Source: Deltaproteobacteria bacterium
GTDB lineage: Bacteria; Myxococcota_A; UBA9160; SMWR01
NCBI GenBank assembly: GCA_032128115.1
Contig: JAQBHB010000098.1
Location: forward strand, 1 to 64,000
Length of the DNA: 64,000 bases
Direction of reading: 5' to 3'
Both the position numbers and the translations under genes were made by a program. Below, piece after piece: positions 38,001 through 45,898 of this stretch. Numbering within the stretch: the stretch's first letter is position 1; every line of letters begins with the position of its first letter. The notes beneath the pieces were generated by a model. That model made no database searches, was not told the DNA's origin, and saw nothing but the letters and a program-made list of their open reading frames with translations.

Positions 38001-38654
38001 GCGTGCGTGAACGCAGCGCTCCGGGCGAAGCGACGCTTCGGCGGCTCGGCCTCGAACGACGCCCCCGCGGCCTGGCGCGAGGAACGCGCCGAGGGCTGGC
38101 AGGGCGGGTCGGTACGCGGCGATTCCGAGGCCGCGCGGGCGGTGGGCACCGCGGTGCACCGGGTGCTGGAGGAGATCGACCTGGCGGCCGACCCGGACGA
38201 CGAGTTGGCGCGCCAGCACGAGGCGCTCGAGCGCGAGCTGCGCGCAGCCCTGTCCCCGGAGCAGAGCGAAGCTGCCATCGACGACGCACGCGCCCTGCTC
38301 GCCGACCTGGCGGCCGGGCCGCTGCTCGAGAAGCTTCGCGAGCTGGCGCGCGGGATGGTGGTGCGCGAACTTCCGCTCCTGATCTCACCGGGAGACGAGG
38401 AGGGCGCGCCCGCCGGCTTCGTGTCGGGCGTCGTCGATCTGCTCTACCGGGATCCGGTGGACGGAAAGCTCGTGATCGCCGATTACAAGACCGATCGGGT
38501 TTCCCCGGATGTCGATCTCGGAGAGCACGGCCGGGCCTATGCGCACCAGGGGCAGGCCTACCAACGCGGTGTACGAGAGGCGTTTTCCCTGGCGTATTTG
38601 CCCCGATTCGAGCTCTGGTACCTGCGACGCGGTGAGATTGCAGGCACGTGGTGA
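35055..38654 (+). CDS. addA: AddA-like UvrD helicase-nuclease
   Basis: EAGAGTGKT, AITFTEAAA, IDEFQDT, VGDPKQSIYGWR, NYRS, TIHGAKGLDF, LYVAATRAR; nuclease GVVDLL...DYKT. Confidence 0.9.
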   Translation: MKEGSSRDEPRDLDTRARHEAQRVFDRPFVLEAGAGTGKTAVLVSRVMAWSLAAGWERAVVDLAAVPTDSGHEHRVAARVLSGVVAITFTEAAAAEMARRVERALAQVETGELPVGVFADCLPEAPVRAARARWLRGALDYLEVHTIHAWCRRLLAAQPLEAGLHPHLEVDADGRRQAEVVREVLETRLREKYGQAESDFLALAAREVGPREIEAELLALLAEGLESHVLAADPLGIESVARLGERVEQLLQRTLAAAGPELAARGPGKAVDVLARTQETLARVRAEPIRDRAGLELHLAWLRGAWDESELLRVKTWGRGGFGVAEARLLGDRAQAFTGAAGELGALLDHLRALDPELLDCARRALAELLGEVEGQLRARGVVSFSALLTEAARLLSEHPSAAERVRSRVDQLLIDEFQDTDRRQCDIVRAVALGGPKDERPGLFLVGDPKQSIYGWRSADLAAYDAFLSDVKSAGGVRHQLCVNYRSVPAVLDEVERIIAPSMHESPGVQPPFQRLLPSTQNQETQGFSGGWMAPIEIWVPVAFDGDGAPRKTSVAEAARIEATALARDLRSLHDEHGVAWSRVGVLFRSRGEWDLYLGALREVGVPFAVEGDRSYYQRRAIIDVSALVRSVLNPNDHLALLGLMRSVAVGVPDAALVPLWRLEFPALMTNLEALTPERRADLEAAVRQVARDLPDVAGAERVRGWEQNLLWAIEVLADSRRSFREDPPDVFVERLRTTLLFEVSEAARFLGAWRIANLDRFFRDLTTGLCEGGDGHSVWRQLANAVLDEEEAEEATPREIVDDAVQVLTIHGAKGLDFEHVYLMQAHKGSAVRGAGRIAPAVLEGVNEYALFGAATPGFDRARAASARVSEAELVRTLYVAATRARSRLVISGLWPGGDRGIPASHADLLRRRSDPPADVATLVGRLPAVGSTHVDAEYARWSFPARSSGAAPAPGTAESQDLGLASPERVAADARALQAACVNAALRAKRRFGGSASNDAPAAWREERAEGWQGGSVRGDSEAARAVGTAVHRVLEEIDLAADPDDELARQHEALERELRAALSPEQSEAAIDDARALLADLAAGPLLEKLRELARGMVVRELPLLISPGDEEGAPAGFVSGVVDLLYRDPVDGKLVIADYKTDRVSPDVDLGEHGRAYAHQGQAYQRGVREAFSLAYLPRFELWYLRRGEIAGTW

Positions 38655-40297
38655 AGGCTTCCGACCTGCTGGTGAAGTGTCTCGAGGCGGAGGGCGTCCG
38701 CCAGGTTTTCGGCGTTCCCGGCGAGGAGAATGCCGACGTCATGATGTCGCTGGAAGACTCGTCCATCGAGTTCGTGCTGACCCGACACGAGCAGGGCGCC
38801 GCATTCATGGCCGAGGTCCACGGTCGCCTGACCGGGGAGGCGGGCGTCTGCCTGGGCACCCTGGGGCCCGGCGCCACCAACCTGATCACCGGGGTCGCGG
38901 ATGCGGACATGGACCGGGCCCCCCTGGTGGTGATCACGGGCCAGGCGGACAGCAAGCGCCAGCACAAGGAAAGTCACCAGCACATGGACGTGGTTTCCAT
39001 GTTCAGGCCGGTCACCAAATGGGCCCAGACCATCCTGCACCCGGACAACATCCCCGAAGTGGTGCGCAAGGCCTTCAAGCTGGCCACCACCGAGAAACCC
39101 GGCGCCTGTCACATCGAGCTGGCGGAAGACATCGCCAAGCTCGAGGCCGGCACTCTTCCCATCCCTCCGGATCGCACCCGGCGGCCCGTTGCCGACGACA
39201 AGGTGGTGGATCGCGCCTACGAACTGATCCGCTCCGCCCGCCGCCCCATCATCATCGCAGGCAACGGCACCATCCGGCGCCGCGCCAGCGCGCAGCTTCG
39301 GCGCTTCGCCGAGCGCACGGGGATCGGCGTGGTGAGCACCTTCATGGCCAAGGGCTGCGTCGACATGGATTCGGAGCAGTGCCTGTTCACCGTGGGCCTG
39401 CAGTCGAAGGACGTGGTGTCCTGCGCCATCGACGCCGCCGATCTGGTGATCTGCCTGGGTTACGACATGGTCGAGTACCACCCGCGCCTGTGGAATCCCC
39501 ACGGCGAGCACCAGATCGTGCACATGGATTTCCTGCCGGCGGAGGTGGACGAGCACTACCGCACCGCGGTCGACGTGGTGGGCGACCTGGCCCACACCCT
39601 CTGGATGCTGAACGAGCGGTTCGAGGCCGATCCCTTCCGGGTCGACGCGGCGCCCCACAAAGCCGTCCGTCGCGAGATGCTCAGTGACCTGGCCGAACAC
39701 GCGGACGACGACACCGAGGGCAGCATCCGGCCCCAGAAGGCGATCTGGGAGGTGCGTCGCGTGATGGGGCCCGACGACATCCTGCTCTCGGACGTGGGCG
39801 CCCACAAGATGTGGATCGCCCGTTACTACCACTGCCATCGACCCAATACCTGCCTGATCCCCAACGGTTTCTGTTCCATGGGCTTCGCGCTGCCCGGCGC
39901 CATCGCTGCCGCGCGCGCCTTTCCCGAACGGCGGGTGATGTCGATCTGCGGAGACGCCGGCTTCCTGATGAACGTGCAGGAGATGGAGACGGCCGTGCGC
40001 CTGGGATCCAAGATCGTGGTGATGGTGTGGGAAGACCACGCCTACGGCCTGATCGCCTGGAAGCAGCAGATCGAATTCGGACGCCACACGGATCTGAGCT
40101 TCGGAAACCCGGACTTCCTGAAGCTGGCCGAGGCCTTCGGCTGGGCGGGCTATCGGGTGGAGAAGAGCCGCGAGCTGGCCGGGACCCTTGCGCGGGCCTT
40201 CGACGAGGAGCGCCCGGCCCTGGTCGTGATCCCCATCGACTACCGGGAGAACGCGAAGCTCACCGCGAGACTCGGAAACATCGTGTGCCCGATCTGA
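38648..40297 (+). CDS. ThDP-dependent acetolactate synthase-like enzyme (OgdA-type 2-oxoacid decarboxylase subfamily)
   Basis: FGVPGEEN, RHEQGAAFMA, TLGPGATNL, ESHQ, SDVGAHKMWIARYYHC, GDAGFLMN, YGLIAWKQ, IDYREN. Confidence 0.88.
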   Translation: MVKASDLLVKCLEAEGVRQVFGVPGEENADVMMSLEDSSIEFVLTRHEQGAAFMAEVHGRLTGEAGVCLGTLGPGATNLITGVADADMDRAPLVVITGQADSKRQHKESHQHMDVVSMFRPVTKWAQTILHPDNIPEVVRKAFKLATTEKPGACHIELAEDIAKLEAGTLPIPPDRTRRPVADDKVVDRAYELIRSARRPIIIAGNGTIRRRASAQLRRFAERTGIGVVSTFMAKGCVDMDSEQCLFTVGLQSKDVVSCAIDAADLVICLGYDMVEYHPRLWNPHGEHQIVHMDFLPAEVDEHYRTAVDVVGDLAHTLWMLNERFEADPFRVDAAPHKAVRREMLSDLAEHADDDTEGSIRPQKAIWEVRRVMGPDDILLSDVGAHKMWIARYYHCHRPNTCLIPNGFCSMGFALPGAIAAARAFPERRVMSICGDAGFLMNVQEMETAVRLGSKIVVMVWEDHAYGLIAWKQQIEFGRHTDLSFGNPDFLKLAEAFGWAGYRVEKSRELAGTLARAFDEERPALVVIPIDYRENAKLTARLGNIVCPI

Positions 40298-40317
40298 GGA
40301 GTTTGTAGTATGGGGCC

Positions 40318-40812
40318 GTGTCCGGGCCCACTGCGGCGCTTCAGATCCATCCCGACAAGTGCACCGGGTGCAGGCAGTGCGAGCTCGCCTGCTCCTGGGT
40401 GCAGGTGGGGCGCTTTCAGCCCTCGAAGTCGGTGATCCGGGTCCACATCTTCGACGAGCAGGCGAGCTTCGCGCCCTACGCCTGCTTCCAGTGCAGCGAG
40501 GCCTGGTGCATGCAGGCCTGTCCGGTGAACGCCATCGATGTGGACGAGAACACCGGCGCCAAGATCGTGATCGACGACGCCTGCGTCGGCTGCAAGCTGT
40601 GCGTGATCGCGTGCCCGTTCGGCACCATCTTCTTCGACAAGCAGTCCGAGAAGGCAGCCAAGTGCGATCTGTGCGCCGGCGAGCCCGCCTGCGTCAGCGC
40701 CTGTCCCACCCAGGCCATCGAGTACAAGCCGGTCGACCCCGGCGCGTGGCTCACCGGGTTCGGGAACCAGGTGGACCAGTTCTACCGAAAGGCCGTGGAG
40801 GGGAAGTCGTGA
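40318..40812 (+). CDS. 4x[4Fe-4S] electron-transfer subunit (AorA-like)
   Basis: CTGCRQCELAC, CFQCSEAWCMQACP, CVGCKLCVIACP, KCDLC...PACVSACP. Confidence 0.92.
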   Translation: MSGPTAALQIHPDKCTGCRQCELACSWVQVGRFQPSKSVIRVHIFDEQASFAPYACFQCSEAWCMQACPVNAIDVDENTGAKIVIDDACVGCKLCVIACPFGTIFFDKQSEKAAKCDLCAGEPACVSACPTQAIEYKPVDPGAWLTGFGNQVDQFYRKAVEGKS

Positions 40813-42656
40813 GCTTTCACGGTTGGACCGGCGTAGTGCTGCGCGTGAACCTCACCGGCGGCAAGATCCAGCGAGAGACCCTGAACGAGGATTGGGCCCG
40901 CGACTTCGTGGGCGGTCGCGGCGTGGCTGCACGCATCCTCGTAGACGAGGTGGACCCCAACGTCGACGCGCTCTCCCCGGAGAACACCCTGATCTTCGCC
41001 ACCGGCCCCCTCACCGGCACCAACGCCTCGTGCGGAGCCCGCTACATGGTGGTGACCAAGGGGCCGCTCACCGGCGCCATGACCACCTCCAACTCGGGTG
41101 GGCGCTGGGGGCCGGAATTCAAGTTTGCCGGCTACGACGTGCTGGTGCTGGAAGGTCGCTCGGAGAAGCCCGTGTACCTGTGGATCTTCGACGACCGGGT
41201 GGAGCTGCGCTCCGCCGAGCATCTGTGGGGCCTGGGGGTGTTCGAGACCGAGGACACCATCAAGCGCGATACCGGCATTTCCGACTGCTCGGTGGCGGCC
41301 ATCGGCCAGGCCGGCGAGAACCGGGTGCTCTACGCCGCCATCGTGAACGACAAGTTCCGTGCGGCGGGCCGCTCCGGCGTGGGCGCGGTGATGGGCTCGA
41401 AGAACCTGAAGGCCATCGCCGTGCGCGGCACTGGCGGGGTGAGCATCGCGCGCCCGCGCGAGATGATGGAAGCCCAGTGGCGGATGAAGGCCAAGCTCAC
41501 GGAAGCGCCCCTCACCAGCGAGGGTCTTCCCGCCTACGGGACGCTGGCGCTCATGAACGTGATCAACGAGCACGGCGCGCTTCCCACCCGCAACTTCAAG
41601 GAAGCCCAGTTCGAGAAGGCGGAAGACATCTCGGGAGAGGAGTTGGCCGCGACGCGCTTGGCCACCAACAAGGCCTGCTTCGCCTGCACCATCGCCTGCG
41701 GGCGCGTATCGCGCATCTCGGAAGAGGGCGTGGGGCGCTACGCCATGCACACGAGCCCGCGCAACTGGCGCCACGCCACCGAGGGGCCCGAGTTCGAGAA
41801 CGCCTGGTCGCTGGGCGCCGACTGCGGAATCGGGGACCTGGACGCGATCCTCAAGGCGAATCATATCTGCAATGACCTGGGCATGGATCCCATTTCCCTG
41901 GGAGCGACGATCGCGGCCGCCATGGAGCTCTACGAAGACGGCGTGCTGACCGACGACCAGGTGGGCATGTCGCTGCGCTTCGGCGACGCGGCCGCCATGC
42001 TGGCCCTGTGCGAACAGACGGCCTTCCGGCGGGGCTTTGGCGATGAGCTGGCCGAAGGCTCGAAGCGCATGGGCGAGAAGTTCGGGCGCCCGGACGTGTT
42101 CATGGGCGTCAAGGGCCAGGAGTTTCCCGCCTACGACCCGCGGGCGATCCAGGGCATGGGTCTGGGTTACGCCACCTCGAACCGGGGCGCCTGTCACCTG
42201 CGGGCCTACACGGTGTCGGCTGAGGTGGTGGGGATTCCCGAGCCCATGGATCCCCGGGCCACCGAGGGCAAGGCCGAACTCACGAAGGCCTTCCAGGACG
42301 TGTCCACGGCCGTGGACGCGTCGGGGCTGTGCCTGTTCCTCACCTTCGGCATCACCGTGGGAGACATCGCGCCCATCCTGTCCGCTGCCACGGGCGTGGA
42401 CACCAACGAGGACGATCTGGTGAAGGCGGGCGAGCGCATCTGGAATCTGGAGCGGGTCTGGAACATGAAGGCGGGGATCGACGCCTCCGAGGACAAGTTG
42501 CCCAGGCGCATGCTGGAGGATGGAATCCCGGCCGGCCCCGCCGCGGGCCAGGTGAGTCGCCTGGGCGAGATGCTGCCCGAGTACTACCGGGTGCGCGGGT
42601 GGACGCCCGACGGCCGCCCCTCCCAGGAGAAGCTCGAGGAGCTCGGAATCGGCTAG
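40809..42656 (+). CDS. aor: Tungsten-containing aldehyde oxidoreductase, catalytic subunit
   Basis: GGRGVAA, FATGPLTGT, SNSGG, RAAGRSGVGAVMGSKNLKAI, CFACTIACGR, EGPEFE, GMDPIS, YATSNRGACH, EYYRVRGW; GTG start 40809. Confidence 0.93.
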   Translation: MSFHGWTGVVLRVNLTGGKIQRETLNEDWARDFVGGRGVAARILVDEVDPNVDALSPENTLIFATGPLTGTNASCGARYMVVTKGPLTGAMTTSNSGGRWGPEFKFAGYDVLVLEGRSEKPVYLWIFDDRVELRSAEHLWGLGVFETEDTIKRDTGISDCSVAAIGQAGENRVLYAAIVNDKFRAAGRSGVGAVMGSKNLKAIAVRGTGGVSIARPREMMEAQWRMKAKLTEAPLTSEGLPAYGTLALMNVINEHGALPTRNFKEAQFEKAEDISGEELAATRLATNKACFACTIACGRVSRISEEGVGRYAMHTSPRNWRHATEGPEFENAWSLGADCGIGDLDAILKANHICNDLGMDPISLGATIAAAMELYEDGVLTDDQVGMSLRFGDAAAMLALCEQTAFRRGFGDELAEGSKRMGEKFGRPDVFMGVKGQEFPAYDPRAIQGMGLGYATSNRGACHLRAYTVSAEVVGIPEPMDPRATEGKAELTKAFQDVSTAVDASGLCLFLTFGITVGDIAPILSAATGVDTNEDDLVKAGERIWNLERVWNMKAGIDASEDKLPRRMLEDGIPAGPAAGQVSRLGEMLPEYYRVRGWTPDGRPSQEKLEELGIG

Positions 42657-42671
42657 GGCCGAGGCCGGAGC

Positions 42672-42968
42672 ATGCCGGAGGTCCGAGTGCTTGGCGGGTT
42701 GCGCGCACGCATGGGTGGGGCTCAGATCGAGGTTCCCGCCCGCGGGGTTCGCCAGTTGCTGGAGCGGCTGATCGAAGGCGGCGGGCCCGGGTTGGCGGCC
42801 GTGTTCTACGCCGAGCCGGACGGGGGCCCGGATACGCTCCACGAGGATCTCCGCGTGTTGGTGAACGGTCGCAGCATCGTGTTTCTCGACGGAGTCGATA
42901 CACCCCTTTCCGAAAGCGACACGGTGACCCTCCATCTGGCCGGCGCTCGCGGATACCCCGGGGGCTAG
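42672..42968 (+). CDS. MoaD/ThiS-like protein
   Basis: Ubiquitin-like VLVNGRSI...LDGVDTPLSESD; ends YPGG. Confidence 0.85.
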   Translation: MPEVRVLGGLRARMGGAQIEVPARGVRQLLERLIEGGGPGLAAVFYAEPDGGPDTLHEDLRVLVNGRSIVFLDGVDTPLSESDTVTLHLAGARGYPGG

Positions 42969-42979
42969 GAGCCGATCCC

Positions 42980-44353
42980 ATGTCGAATCGACACGTGATC
43001 GTCGGCGCCGGTCCGGCTGGCCTGTGCGCCATCGAAACGATCCGGGCCCTTTCGCCCGACGCGAGCATCACGCTGGTGTGCGACGAGTCGCCCTACGCGC
43101 GCATGGTGCTGCCGTATTACATGGCGGGTCGGGTGGATCAGGCGCACCTTTCCACCGGCGACGAGTCCTGGTTCCGAGATCTGGGCGTGGCGACCGTCTT
43201 CGGCCGCCGAGTGAGTCGGGTCGACCCCGGCTCGCACCAGCTGACCCTGGACGATGATTCCACCCTGGCGTACGACCGCCTGCTGCTGGCGACCGGGGCT
43301 CGCACCCGTGCGCCCGCCATCGAGGGCTGCGATGGGCCGGGGGTACTTCCCCTGTGGACCCTGGCCGACGCCGATGAATTCCTGGCGGCCGAGAAGCGCG
43401 ACGTGGTGATCGTGGGCGCTGGCTTCATCGCCTTCACGATTCTGGACGCGGTGGCGGGCCGGGCCGACACGGTCTGCTTCGTGGAGATCGAGTCCCAGGT
43501 GCTTCCGCGTATGCTCGACGCCAGGGGCGCGGGCCTGGTGGAGGCCCAGCTCGCGGAGCGCGGCATCCCCGTCCACAAGGAAGTCTCGCTGCAGCGCATC
43601 GAGCAGGCGGGATCGCGCCGGGTGCTCCATTGCTCCAACGGCGAAAAGCTCGAGTGCGACCTGGTGATCCTGGCCACCGGCATTCGCGCAAACCTCGAGT
43701 TCCTGGAGGGTTCGGGCGTCGCGACCGACGACGGCATCCGGGTGGACGATCACCAGCGGACCAACGTCTCTGACGTCTACGCGGCGGGAGACGTGGCCAG
43801 CGGCCCGGATCTGCTTGGCGGCGAGGCGCGGGTGCAGGCCATCCAACCCACGGCCGTGGATCACGGCCGGGTCGCCGGCGCGAACATGGCGGGCCTGGAC
43901 GTAGCGTACTCGGGGAGCCTCACCATGAACGTGGTGGCAGCGCAGGGCATCGAGGCCTGCAGCTTCGGTCGCTGGCAAGACAGCGGCGACACGATCCAGG
44001 TCCACAACCCGGCAAACGCCGTCTACCGGAAGTACGTGTTCGAAGGCGACCGCATGGTGGGCGGGGCGATGGTGGGGCCGACCGCAGCCGTCTCCGGCCT
44101 GAACGACGTGGGCATGCTCAAGGGCCTGATCCAGACGGGCGTCGCGCTGGGACCGTGGAAGGCCTACCTGGACGAGAACCCCCTGGATCTGCGCCGGGTC
44201 TTCGTGGCCAGCGGCGCGGCCGGGGCACTGCTGGACTGGAGCCTGCTGTCGGGCCGCGTCTCCGAGGGCGGCGGCTACCGGGCGCAGAAGCTGCCGCCGG
44301 TGCGCGGCCGCTCACCGCACCACGCGACGCTCGTGAGCGGAGCCCCGCGCTAG
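42980..44353 (+). CDS. FAD/NAD-dependent oxidoreductase (AorC-like)
   Basis: HVIVGAGPAG, YDRLLLATG, VIVGAGFI, TNVSDVYAAGD; AGGAG RBS. Confidence 0.9.
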   Translation: MSNRHVIVGAGPAGLCAIETIRALSPDASITLVCDESPYARMVLPYYMAGRVDQAHLSTGDESWFRDLGVATVFGRRVSRVDPGSHQLTLDDDSTLAYDRLLLATGARTRAPAIEGCDGPGVLPLWTLADADEFLAAEKRDVVIVGAGFIAFTILDAVAGRADTVCFVEIESQVLPRMLDARGAGLVEAQLAERGIPVHKEVSLQRIEQAGSRRVLHCSNGEKLECDLVILATGIRANLEFLEGSGVATDDGIRVDDHQRTNVSDVYAAGDVASGPDLLGGEARVQAIQPTAVDHGRVAGANMAGLDVAYSGSLTMNVVAAQGIEACSFGRWQDSGDTIQVHNPANAVYRKYVFEGDRMVGGAMVGPTAAVSGLNDVGMLKGLIQTGVALGPWKAYLDENPLDLRRVFVASGAAGALLDWSLLSGRVSEGGGYRAQKLPPVRGRSPHHATLVSGAPR

Positions 44354-44376
44354 GGCGAGGATCGGGGAACCCGGCT

Positions 44377-44652
44377 GTGCAGATCGAGGTGCGGCTATTC
44401 GCGAACCTGCGCGAGAAGCTGCCGGGCGCCCGGCGCGGTCGCGCCCTCCTCGAGATTGCCGAGGGCACCACCGTGTGGGAGCTCGTGGCCGCCCTCGAGA
44501 TTCCCGAGCGCCTGGCCCAGATGGTGCTGGTGAACGGCGAGCGCGCGGCGCGGACCGGGGCACCCGGGGAGTCACCCGATTCGAAGGAAGGCGACGCGGT
44601 CCTCGAGGATGGCGACAGGGTCTGCGTGTTTCCGCCTCTGGCGGGGGGCTGA
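44377..44652 (+). CDS. MoaD/ThiS family sulfur carrier
   Basis: VQIEVRLFANLRE...VLVNGE...LEDGDRVCVFPPLAGG. Confidence 0.9.
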   Translation: MQIEVRLFANLREKLPGARRGRALLEIAEGTTVWELVAALEIPERLAQMVLVNGERAARTGAPGESPDSKEGDAVLEDGDRVCVFPPLAGG

Positions 44653-44655
44653 GGC

Positions 44656-45897
44656 GTGGCCCGTGTCCATCCGCGCGCGCCCTGGATCCTGGTACCGGCG
44701 CTGGCGCTGCTTGCCCTCGCATCTGGCGCGGGCGCCGCCCCGGACGCCTTGCCGCTCTATCGCCTGCACATCGAAGCGGGCCCTCTCCGGGAACTCACGG
44801 CCTTTCGCGAGGGGATCCTCGACGTGGCCTTCCTGCCGCCGGATCGGCGTCTGTGGATTCCCGCCGAATTCGAAGCCGACGGCGAGCGCTATCCGGTGCG
44901 GATCCGCATCCGGGGCGATCTGCCCGCCCACTGGCGCGAAGACAAGCATTCGTATCGCGTGAAGTTCGACGACCGGCTCTTCCGCGGGCGCAGGGAGATC
45001 AACCTGATCGTGCCCTGGGACAAGCACTACGGTGTCGAGCTGCTCCAGACCGGGATCGCCCGCGACCTGGGTCTTGCCAGCTTTTCCGGCCGCTTCGTGG
45101 ACCTGGTGATCAACGACGAGAACGTGGGCCTCTACTACGAGAACGAGCATCCCACCCGCGAGTTCCTGGAGCGGATCGGCCTGCCGGCTTCATCGATCTT
45201 CACGTTTGCCTCGAATTGGACCCTGTACCTCTCGAAGCCCTACCACCACGTGATGTTCGCGAAGCCCGGGAGCCGCGAGTTTCCGCCCATCTCGAGCGTG
45301 GGACAGATCAAGCAGCGGCGGACCTACGATCCGCGCGACCCGGCGCTGGCGCACCGCCAGCTGGAGTACGCGACGGAATTCTTCGAGCTGCTCTGCGAGG
45401 GCAGCCGCGAAGAGATCGCTGGGCGCGCGGGGCGGTTTCTGGACCTCGACGGCTTCGCCCGATACGTGGCGTTGCAGGACTTCCTGGGTACGAGCCACGG
45501 TATGGGCCTCAACGACAACACACGCCTGTACCTGGATCCCACCACGGGGCTGTTCGAGTTCATGCCCTGGGACACCCGGTTGATGTCCCTGCGCGAGCGG
45601 CTGGAGGCGAAGGCTGGCGACCTGGATGCGCTGTTGGAGCCGTCGGACACCACGTTCCTGGAGCTTCTGAACGCCGTGCCGGGGCTTCGCGCCCACCGCG
45701 ACGCCCTGCTGCGCGGGCTCGTGATCGAGGGCGAGGCCTACCGCGCCCGTCTTGCCGGGATACACGACGGCCTGGTGGCGCGACATCCCGAAGACGAGCG
45801 CCTGCGAAAACGCAGCGCGGAGCTCGATCAGATGTTCCGGGACAACCTGGAGGTGCTGGCGGCATACCTGGACCGCCCTGCGGGAGCGTCGCGCTGA
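44656..45897 (+). CDS. Secreted CotH kinase family protein
   Basis: Signal peptide; RIRIRGD..HW..KHSYRVKF, INDENVGLY, DLDGFARYVA, HG..NDNTRLYLDP..FEFMPWD. Confidence 0.85.
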   Translation: MARVHPRAPWILVPALALLALASGAGAAPDALPLYRLHIEAGPLRELTAFREGILDVAFLPPDRRLWIPAEFEADGERYPVRIRIRGDLPAHWREDKHSYRVKFDDRLFRGRREINLIVPWDKHYGVELLQTGIARDLGLASFSGRFVDLVINDENVGLYYENEHPTREFLERIGLPASSIFTFASNWTLYLSKPYHHVMFAKPGSREFPPISSVGQIKQRRTYDPRDPALAHRQLEYATEFFELLCEGSREEIAGRAGRFLDLDGFARYVALQDFLGTSHGMGLNDNTRLYLDPTTGLFEFMPWDTRLMSLRERLEAKAGDLDALLEPSDTTFLELLNAVPGLRAHRDALLRGLVIEGEAYRARLAGIHDGLVARHPEDERLRKRSAELDQMFRDNLEVLAAYLDRPAGASR

Positions 45898-45898
45898 C

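Noticed and set aside
31813..38654. Helicase-nuclease pair as a novel anti-phage system
   Set aside because: Order, size and motifs (Fe-S staple nuclease plus UvrD-nuclease) match housekeeping AddAB.
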